Positions 53,323 through 64,000 of a stretch of 64,000 nt of DNA are shown here, in pieces. Source of the stretch: Paramecium tetraurelia (lineage: Eukaryota); the NCBI GenBank assembly GCA_000165425.1, contig CT868496.1, forward strand, positions 124,001 to 188,000, read 5' to 3'. The position numbers and the translations under genes are program-made. Within the stretch, counting starts at the first letter, position 1. Each line of letters starts with the position of its first letter. Under the pieces are notes generated by a model. That model saw nothing but the letters and a program-made list of their open reading frames with translations, was not told where the DNA came from and searched no databases.

Positions 53323-54966
53323 ATGTTTATTTTTATTTTCATAATCATTAATGTTTAATCTTACAGAATCAGATAAATACAAAATGAATCACTTGAATTT
53401 CAGATTCCTACTGAAAGAGAGACAAAATTGCTCGCTCTCTTTTAAGCTAAAGATGCAAAACTAATTGCGAATGAAACTATGGCATTTTGCCAATTAAAGG
53501 AAATAAACCTAATTTTTGAAACTAAAACATAGCATTTTGAGAATATCGTAACTATGGTACATGTTAGAGATGGAGTGATATTCATCACCTCAGATTATTT
53601 GTTATATTTGATGAAATTTAACTATTAGAACTTCAATGGTGAGTTTGCTAAACTAGCTTGGAAGGCAGATTTCAAAGAATTAGGTTTAGATACATTGGCT
53701 GAAATGCCTTAATTACTGTATTGTAGCACAAGTAATTTAGGGATACTCTTCCAAACAAGAGGAGCAATCTTATTTAGTGTTTAATAAATGGAATAAAAGG
53801 CATAAAAACTTTAAATAAGAGATTTAATTGAAATTAAACAAAGAAAGGAGAGAGGTGTCACAAAGGAATATGAGAATTATATATTCTCATGTGTAGGTCA
53901 GGATGGTTTAGATCTTTATAAAATAATTGGAAATGAACTACATTTTATTGATTAGATAGCAAATACAAGATTCAAAGATTTGGCCATATTGAAATTGGAT
54001 AACACTATATATCTTATTCTATTAGATGAGTAACAGCAGAGTATATCTGTATATCAAATGGATGCTGTTAGGATTAAGATTTCATTAAAATTGCAACATA
54101 AATTGTAGTTAAGCAATCTGGAATTTATTGCAATTGATAATTACAAAAACAATATATTTGTTGTCTACGAATACCATCACAAATATATCTGTGTAGAATA
54201 TCTGTTTACAGAGAAGGAATTAATTCAACTTAATTCCTTTGAAACATTTAGTAAAATAAAAGATGTTGATGTTTCAGAATAGTTTGCCATCTTGTAAGGA
54301 TAAAATAAACATCACATAATGTTTGTGACTAAATTTGATGGTCTCTAAATAAGCCATGTTCCATAATATACCTTATTAGGAGCAATTGATATAGATTTCT
54401 TTTATTTGACAAATATAGATCTTTCTATGAGTCATTTAATAGATTAAAATGATTTCTCTATTGAGAATTTCTTCTTTGGGACTTCCAAATCTGGATTGTT
54501 TTTCACAAAATTCAAGATTCAAGATCCCTATATTATTTGCAATCCTCAATCAAATCAATCAAGTTCTGAATAACATTATCAAATAATCTAAAATGAATCT
54601 GTGATTATTTAAACTAACTTTCAAAACAATTTGATAGTATAAAGATAGACAAATATAACTATTTTAGCTTTTGACGAAGATGAGAATTCTTATTCAAACA
54701 TAATTATCTATTTGGGAATCCCAATAGGTTTAGTTATTTTTTTAATGGGAATATGTTTTTGGTTTATATCTAAGAACTAAGAAATCGAAAAATTAGAAAC
54801 AGAAATAACTGCGATTAAAACTAAGAAAAATTCTGGACTAGCCGTCGCAGTAGAGTTTACAACACCTTAAATCATTTAGATCATAAATTCTCCTAATATA
54901 CCAAGTCCTTTCTCAAACACTGAAAGAACAAATGTAAACTCAAACTTAGCCAATGCCGATGGTTGA
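53323..54966 (+). CDS. Type I membrane protein (signal peptide, large ectodomain, C-terminal TM)
   Basis: MFIFIFIIINVQS signal; long code-6 ORF; TM IIYLGIPIGLVIFLMGICFWFI. Confidence 0.72.
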
Positions 54967-55026
54967 TTAAAAAGATAAATAACAATAATTTTATTTATTT
55001 GAGATATTATAACAAGTTTAAACAAG

Positions 55027-55926
55027 TCATTACATCTTTTTTTGAAATCTCTTATACTATTTGTACTTATTACTATGTTACTAAATATACTCCTCTTATT
55101 TGAGACGTTACTCCTCATTGAATTCACTCATATTTTCAGGTATCCATAACTAACGACTAACCAAAGACTCCTTATCCACAGATTCCCATCTACTCTTGCT
55201 TATGCCCAACAATATTTATGTCTTGTATTCTTGATCCTTCTCACTAATTTCCCTTTGAGCCTTGCCATCCTTATAATAATATTTCCATTTCAATGTAAAG
55301 TACAACCTATAAAAAATGGAATAAATAAAATGTAATATTGCTATAACCCAAATTTCCTCAAATTTTGGATAAGACCATGCTCCTGTAATCTTGACTTCTT
55401 TCAATGTCTCTTAAATCACTTCTTCCTTGCTCATATTAGATTCCTTCTACCTCTCATTCACTACCTTTTTGAAATGTGTTGTTTCCATCACTCTTCCTAT
55501 TGCATTTTTGTACATTCCAATTCTAGCCACATATTGAATGATTGATAAGAGTAAGGTTGAAACAGAAACCACAATATAGGGATTCGTCTGTGGATGATAC
55601 ACCTATTGATAATATCGATAATGATGATAAAATTCACTCCTATTGGGATTTTCAAGATATTCATCATAAGCAGTTTTTGTTTCCTCATTACTTAAAACTT
55701 CATAAGCCTAAACTATCTTGACATATTGAGATTAATTCCCTTCATTCTTATCTGGATGAAATGTCCTTGAAAGTTCTCTAAATTATTTCCTTATTTCACT
55801 CTGTTAAGCTCCCTTTTTCAAGAATAACAGTTAGTAGCAATTATCATCTCCACAAAATTTATCCTTAATTGAGTATGATAAGCAAGTATAAATGATGCAA
55901 AAAAATATTATGTATGAATATTTCAT
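55027..55926 (-). CDS. DNAJC25: DnaJ co-chaperone, DNAJC25-like
   Basis: Signal peptide; FCGDDNCYQLL, IRKQFRELSRTFHPDKN (HPD motif); TM segments; KYKQYKRF tail. Confidence 0.85.
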
Positions 55927-56267
55927 AGATAAATAAATTACTATTAATTAAAACTTTTATTATTATTAAAAAATAAATGAATAAATCCACACACTACTTT
56001 AATTCCAAAAAAAATTAATAATTTCAATAGTTTCTAATAAATAGATATCTAATGAAAAGAAATTTAATAATAAGATAATAGAAGGCTTATAATGATGTTA
56101 TTACATTACATTACAATTACTTTAATTTAATTAAGCTTTTATATTATTCTTGAGTTGACGTGACTTTATTAGTTTATTTTAGATATAGTAATTAAATTAA
56201 ACAAGAATCTAATTTATAGCAATCTAAATATGAAATAATAGTTGATTTAAATGGTTTGTAATAAATT

Positions 56268-57158
56268 TCAAATAAGCTTTACACAAACTACAATAACTGC
56301 CACCACAATAAGGATAATACATATAGCTCCACCAAGTTTCTTCATGTATTATTTATGCTCTACTTTTGCCTAAAAGAAAATAACGTTATGAATTTTACTC
56401 CTTCTAATTCAACAACTACTTCTTTAACATTTTTGTTTGAAACGTTGATATTATTTTCAGCAACATCTAACATCTTACCTTAATCCACCACGACCCGAGC
56501 CACTTCAGTTTAGATTTTGAGTACTTCCAAGGCATCCTTTTGAATTTCTTACTAAGCGAAACAAATATACAATCTATTTCTTCTTATTGTTCTTGAATCA
56601 ACATTGCCTTGTGTTAAATATCAGGATGGACTTCCATTTCTGACAATTACTCCAAATTTGGTCCTTTGTCTCCTGAATCTTCCTCATCATAATTGGTATC
56701 TTCATCATAAACATAAGTGGATTTTCCATTCATTTTCTCTTAATTAAGGAAATAATTTTACTCGCATTTTGCATTTCGAGTTCTCTTCCCTCATTTGAGT
56801 TTATCTATTTAGGATTTCTTATTGACTTTGTGATCTCAATAAAAATATTTTGTTGCTAATATTTTAATTACAGGTACCTTGGCATATTCTTTTTTTAGCA
56901 TTTAAATGGTCATGTTTTCAGATTTATTGAATTTCCCTTATTTAAATTTGATAGTTAATGCATCGATTAACTTTTGACATTTTTGTTTATTCTATATTTT
57001 GTATATGCATCAATAGTTACTATTTGTATTTGTTCTTGGTTCTCTAAATATGAATATCATTCCTTACCCTTCCCCTAAAATTAATTTTACAGCTCTTACA
57101 CGCTCTTGATTAGAACTTACAAATTCTCTTACACAAATTCAAGATCTTAACTACTCAT
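56268..57158 (-). CDS. Syntaxin (Qa-SNARE)
   Basis: SNARE heptads IQKDALEVLKIQTEVARVVVDQGKMLDVAENNI with zero-layer Q; C-terminal TM GAICIILIVVAVIVVCV. Confidence 0.87.
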
Positions 57159-57179
57159 AAAAATATAATTAATTTATTG

Positions 57180-60152
57180 ATGAAAATATACATACAGTCT
57201 CCTGTGTTTCAAAGATTCATATTCAATAATTAATGCCAAAGGAATAAACTCCAAATGCCACTATCTTAAGACAAAATTGAGAAACCCTCTCCTATGTCTA
57301 GATCCCTCACAATTAAATAGTATTAAATTCAAGCCAAATCGTAGAAGAAAGCAAACTCAGAACACAATAGAACCAAGAGGATTGTCATTGTCCATCTCAA
57401 GGGAAACCCAAAGAACCTTTTTCAAGGAATCTATTCAAAATAGAGCAGTACCTCCAGATCAATTTCAAAGCATGATCAAGGAAATATAAGTTGGAAACTC
57501 AATGCAAGTCATTAATAAATTGGAATAGGGTCCATTCACCAAGAAATCGTATTTGATATTAGGGATCGCATACAAGCAACTCAATCAATTCGATAAAGCA
57601 AGATATTGGGTAATTAGTGATCCTTATCAAAGTTCAACAAATGCCTATCCGAACACCCCAATTATCTGGATGGCTACATTCAATCTGCAGTTCTGGAATT
57701 CAAGGCCTTAAAATACCATGATTCTCTCAAATTGATAGAACAAGCCTTGCTTTATAGTCCAAATGATAAACAAGCACTCCAATATAAGGCCAGATGTCAT
57801 TCTGCTTTAAAATAACATTAAAAGGCCTTAGAAATATACGAAAAACTTAACAACACTGATTTTTTAGGCCGATCACGTCATTGTCTATCATTAATTAAGT
57901 GTAATTATTTTGACAAAGCACTTATTAAAATTGACACGATCTTACTGCAGGACTGTGAAAATGCTGATGCCTTATTTCTCAAAGGAATAATTTACTTTAA
58001 AAAAAGTAACTCCTTATATTAGATTTATTAGAAAATTTTATAGAGTCCTAGATTTACATTGAATAAGCGATACAGATTTCAACATCGCATTAATTAAGTG
58101 CCAAGGCTATCTCATATATCGTAAAGTCTAAAATATGTCTCATGGACTTTTATGAAGCTTAATTACACCTCTCCAGAGCAGAGTAATTGAAAAAGAATTT
58201 TAAATGCATCTCTAAATTGAAACCATTTGTCAATGGAACCGTAAAGTTGATGAAACGATAATATGCTTAGGGACTTCAAATGATTAAGGATTTGAAACCA
58301 ATTAGCAAATTTCTATAGCCAATTTACTATAAATTTTTAGCTTATGCCTAATTTTGCACTTCGGATTATGCATCAGCTCTTAAGTCTTATGAATTGATCT
58401 ATTAGATAGAGAGAGGCTAATTGTACAATAAATATGTGGCCGAAGCTCTTGTTTTAATAGAGAAATGTAAATTATATGAAAATAATCAGGTTAGTATGAA
58501 CCTTCCGTTAGGTTATTAGATAAAGCTATTGAGATCTTTCCAAATAAACTAGAGCCTTACTACTATAAATGTTCAATTTGCTTACTTAATAAATTATTTG
58601 ATGGAGTATAAGAATGTGAATAGCTGCTAGATTTAGCCTTTTCTAAATAGGGGAAGTAGCCCAACATCTTTTTTGCCAAGGCTTTAATGAAATCTTATAA
58701 ACGAAGATACACTTCAGCGTTGAAGGATATAGAAAAGGCAATTGACAAAAGCGAGGATAGCATAAGTGATCACTTTTACATCAGGGGAATCTTACATGCT
58801 TAAAGTATGAGATTGAAAGAAGCTATTAAGGATTTTACAACTGCAATTCACTTCAATAAGGAGCATTCAGAATCATATTTGGAAAGAGCTAAATGCTATT
58901 AAATAAAAGGAAAGTAATTAAATATATTATTTTTAGTACAGCACAGAGTTTTGGTGATATGAATAAGTACATTAAGTACAATAATTCAGAAGAGATACAT
59001 TATTGGAGTGGTAGTTTATTATTTCATAATAATGCTTATGAAGAAGCTCTAAAAGCATTTAATGACGCAAAATAAACAAATTAAATTCTAATCTTGAAAT
59101 TAAAGTGTGAAATTAAATTGTAGTAAATAGATAAAGCATGCATTATATCTAATTAAATAACATAACAAAATGTTAGAGAACCTAAATACAAAATAGATTC
59201 CCAGATGTTGACATATATAAAGCAAATTTTGGATACTACACAGAATAAAAAAAGTTGTGAAACAGTGCAGTTTCCTAATGTAGACTAAAAGGATGTGGGT
59301 TTAATATTTTAGACTTAAGATGTTCTCTTGTTCAAAGCATCAAGTATGATCTATTAGCGCAGATATAATGAAGCAATAATGATTCTTTAGTAATTGGAAC
59401 ATTATTGGTTGAATTCTCAAAAAGACAGATTGAACAGTATTTCAAGTCAATAGGATGCTGATTCAGAGAAGAGTGAAAATCTATCAAATGAAATGATATT
59501 GAAATCAGAAAGAATAGTTCAACATATAATAGGTATAAAATACAATATGGCAATCATATATTTATTGGTAATGCTTTAACACTATGAAAATAGATATAAT
59601 AATCGGCAAATGCTAAAATGAAAGTGGAAGATATTAGAGATTAAGTGGGTAATGTAGTTTCAGATGAATTGGATTATTTAAAATTGTTGATTTAAAATCA
59701 GATAGATAAAAAATCTACTCCAGTTTTTTGTAAGCCTGTCTTAACTTTTTTGATGAATGAGAAAAGTCTTTTCAATGGATTTCCAGCACTAAAAATTCAA
59801 ATGCATGGTTCAGCTGTTTTTGAATGCAAATTATCTCTTAACTTTCCAGATATCCAACCTCCAAATATTTGTCCAGAATTTAAGAAAGAATTTTTGTTAA
59901 TGATTAAAGTAATTGCATTCTTTTAACTATTAGCCTAATCTTATAGAAAATAAACCTGAAGCCCCTTGGCTTTAGAGAACATCAGAATAAATACTTATTT
60001 TAACTCAGAATCAGTTGAATGATGATTTAGATATAACTACTGATGATGAGGAAGAATCTAATGAGAAAAGAAGGAAGAAAAGATAAGTTTAAAATCTGGA
60101 GATAGATGAGAACGTCTAAAAACGTTTGGATTAATTGATAAAGAAATTATGA
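57180..60152 (+). CDS. TPR-repeat protein; start approximate
   Basis: Multiple TPRs (YLILGIAYKQLNQFDKA, ALFLKGIIY, HFYIRGILH..AIKDFTTAI, SYLERAKCY); TGA at 60150-60152. Confidence 0.82.
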
Positions 60153-60600
60153 CTATTATATGATTTGTATTACTAATTATGACAATTTTCAAATGAAAGA
60201 AAATTACTTCTGGGGAAAATAGATATATCTTAAATTAATTATGGGATTAGGAGATGCATAAGTTGAAAACTAATATTTTAAATAATTATGGTGACAATAC
60301 TCACGAAGTCTCAATGATCTCTTCTTCCATCTTAATAAATAGGTCAAATTAAAGTGAATATGCTCCAAATGCTATAATAATTATTAAGTGAATATAGAGT
60401 AGATCTAATTCATTATAAGAAAACAATTAGCAAGAAAATTATAACTAGTTGAACACAAAAGTTGTTAGAATTATATTATTAATTATTCAATAAAAATAGA
60501 AATATTCTAGAAAACTATTCAATTATAAATTTTATCAATCGTGTCAATTTCATAATCTAATAAGTCGTGTCTTCTTCTTAAATATCATTAATAATTTTAA

Positions 60601-62213
60601 ATGAAAGCATAACATCTTATGTTCGTTTGCCTTCTCATTATGTTTGCATCTGCATAACTCACAGTAAATATATGAATATATAATCAGCCTATTAAAACTG
60701 AAGAAGAAATCAAGATCGATTTAAGTTCGGATGACAAATTGGAAATTAAAGGAAGAGATGATATCAAGCCAAATAAAATATTCAATAAATTATATGAGGT
60801 TGATTAAGAAGCATATGATCACATGAAAAATTCATTCAAGAATGTAGTGCATCTTGTATTTGAAAAGTAATATACTTGAATTCTATATTGTAGAGAGGAA
60901 GAGGAATCATAAGTAAAACTACTTAACTCAGTTATTGAAAATGTTAATTTTACTAAAGTGGATGTGATATTCGTTAAAAGCCCTGCTGGATTAATTGAAT
61001 CAGATAAAGGAATTCTTGTCAAGAACTTTGATAATTTCTATTGGATTCGCAATTATGAGAATCTCCAAGCTTAGATCTTTGGTAATCCAATTATTCTATC
61101 CTAGACATAATTAATCCTAAAATTGAATTCTTGTAAACAGAAGAAGATGTCGACAAATATTTCAGCCTAAACAATTTGAATTCATTAGTCCTTCTGCCTG
61201 ATAATTACTCATTCAGAGACTAAATTATTGAGGATCTTGAAGCATTAATTAGAAATGGAGATCTAAAAGAAGCCAGAATCCATGGGTTGAAAGGCTACAA
61301 TTAGAATTATAAGAATTTTACAGCTCCCACCTTAATATTGCACAAGGGAAATGGCAAATTTGAATAATATGAATATAATCTGACTTACACTGACTAAATT
61401 TTGGATTTCTTTTATTTAGAGAGCTTAGATTTAGTAAATAGATTGGATGAAGACAATTATGCAAGGGTATTTGGAGGACCAATTCAAACTCAAGTTCATC
61501 TATTGATTAAGGGCATTTTTAGACAAGATTTATTTAATGCTTACTATTGGGCTGCTTAAAATAACAAAGTGAATGATTTAAAATATCATCGTTTGATCTT
61601 TACTTATTCCACATTTGAAGAGAATCCAAGCTTATGGTCCTTATTTGATTTTGATGAATCTACAAAGACTCCTCAACTTGTCATTACAGAAACCAACTTT
61701 AGAAAATATCAATTACAAAAATATATTTGCCAGTCTGAAACTCTAAATCAAGAAACCATTTAATAATTTATTGATGACTTTAGAAATAAGAACCTTACAG
61801 AATTTTACAAATCAGAACCTGCTCCTGTATACACAGAAAATTAAGACATTTATAAAATTGTAGGATCAACATTTTCATAAGAGGTTCTCAATAAAGGAAA
61901 GAATGTGTTACTATTGTTTTGGGATTCAAAAAACAAAGATTTGTTCGACGATTATTTCCAACTTCTGAATGACTTTTCATTAATTTAAAATAAGGAAAAG
62001 ATTAAAATTGGTCACATTGATCTTGCAAATAATGAACATCCTAAAATCACTGTGGATTCTGTTCCAAAATTAGTGTTGTACTTAGCTGCTGATAAAAAGG
62101 CACCAAAAGAATATTTAAAGAGCTCAAACCTAGTTATTCCTGAACTTAAAGCTTGGTTGGATTATTATATTGGAGATGGTATTGCATATAAAAAAGAAAA
62201 AACTGATTTATGA
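60601..62213 (+). CDS. ER PDI-family thioredoxin-fold protein lacking CxxC
   Basis: Signal peptide; FYKSEP x-linker, IYKIVGSTF..EVL..KNVLLLF, IDLANNE, VPKLVLY; C-terminal KTDL retention signal. Confidence 0.8.
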
Positions 62214-62369
62214 TTATCTCTTGTGTTTATAAAATATTATGTAATTTATGTTGAAAAAAAAAAATACTCTTAATGAAAATTTAAGAAATTAAAAAGATCC
62301 TAAGGTTTGGAAATCATATGCTGATTTTGCAAATAATTTTAATAGAAATATATATTTAACTTGTAAAAT

Positions 62370-64000
62370 TCATCCTTCAGTATTTATTCTTCTTATTCTT
62401 TTTTTCAAATTTTAAGGAATTCTTTAGGCCTGACTAAAAGTAAATTATTGCAAGTTATTGTCAAGAAAAGGGGTGATTTAATCAAATTCAGTCAAAGCTA
62501 TGTTATTTTTAGATAGATCTGTTTCTAATTAAATATTCTTTTTCGCACTAGCACTTCTATTTTTTTATTTTAGTTGAATTGGAAGTTTTGAATTATTTAT
62601 TATCAATTATGTTAATTCATCTTTTGGAGTCTATTATTAAACAGACTTCTTCATATACCCAAAATCAAATTTTGTTTTTTTTGGAGAGTCATGAAATGAA
62701 TTTGAATCATTATTTGCTTTTTTAGTCGATAATGAATTCTTGATACATATTTGATTTAGATTATCTGGTTTTTCAATTTAGATTTTTAAATTTTCTGTTT
62801 TTGCACTCTCATAATTTAATCTCAATTATTCAGTTTATTAATTCAGAATAAATACTGTTTACCTTGCATTTGATAATTCTTTCTAGACTTCCTCATTTTA
62901 CAGTTTGAATCTTTTTAAATCTTGAACTTCCCTTCGATATTTAAAGAGATATCCTTTTTATGATCCTATTCTTTGTTCTGATTATTGTAAATCAACTAGT
63001 CTTTGAAAATGAGTTGATTTCCAATACTTAACTTGATCATTAAGGTCAAAGTTTTTTTAGTTTTATATTTCATAAAGATCCTTATACTTGTCGACTTAGC
63101 TTGATAATTAATTGGTTAATTCAATTAAATCTTTATTTGCTTTAATAATATTTATTTCTTATAATTTTAATTAGTTTATTTCTTTTTCATAATTTGATTT
63201 AACTTCTTCAAAGGATTATTACAATTTAACATACTTTTTATTTAGTTCCTCTAAATTCAGTTTAAGATCACTATTAATTTTAATCTAGTTTTGTAGACTT
63301 TCTTTTAAGTGATTGTTTTCCTTTTCTAAATTATTAATAGTTTCTTCAAGCTTTTTATTCAATTGTATAAATGTAGTCTATGATGTATAATGAGTTCTTA
63401 GTTTAATAATTTCTTATTCTTAAATTTGTATGGTTTACTCCGAACTCTTAAGTCTTTATTCCTTATCATGTAAGATACCCTTGGAATTCTTACACTCCAG
63501 CCATAATTTCAGATACTCCTATTTATATACATTACCTAATTGACTGGAGATATTGTCTAATATTTCTTTGAAAAGTCTTTTGAATCTTTGATTCACATTT
63601 TGAATTTCAACAAAATTTGCAGATCTAACAGCTTCAATTACTTTTTCGTGACTAATAACCTATGCCTTAACTCAAGTGATATATTAAACCATACATTCAA
63701 CCATCTCTTTAGCTCCTTTTTATGAACTGGTTCTTTCACATTCTTACAAACAATCCTGTGTCAACACTTGGAATTGTGAATTATATTTATCGATATTGAA
63801 CACTAATTAAGTCTTATTATTTATATCCTTATCTATGATTTTTTTGATATTTTGGTCGTCTTAATTAAAGTCCAATAAAGTGTTTTACATTATTAATATT
63901 TATAAGAATGAATTTTGATTATAAGAATACTTTTTTAAGAAACACTCCATATAAAATTGAACCAGCCAGACCTAAGCCTTTGTTATCATCAGCAAGAAAT
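62370..64000 (-). CDS. Coiled-coil protein, 3' part (5' end beyond window)
   Basis: Long heptad-rich code-6 frame with short introns ending RRINTEG-TGA. Confidence 0.7.

Overview
AT-rich, very gene-dense ciliate macronuclear DNA, most consistent with Paramecium. TAA/TAG read as Gln (translation table 6; e.g. the Q of Rab WDTAGQERF is TAA at 554-556), every gene ends in TGA, and introns are about 20-30 nt GT..AG. The supplied standard-code ORF track is therefore fragmentary and often wrong, so I re-read the genes by hand in code 6. About 35 protein genes are supported: housekeeping (Rab1, RPT6, PARP, cyclin, Sec61-gamma, SDHB, Pam16, CBP20, fibrillarin, Ski8, DNAJC25, syntaxin) plus a 15-33 kb neighbourhood rich in RING/RBR/HECT ubiquitin-system genes. 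Two non-coding loci stand out. One is a box C/D snoRNA at about 20252-20313 with a perfect guide for 18S Am28 (SNORD27/snR74 type). The other is an unidentified, roughly 100-nt structured RNA candidate on the minus strand at about 31406-31504, which carries the same ACCCATAA upstream element at the same spacing. Gene ends were read manually, some start codons and introns are approximate, and no database searches were run.
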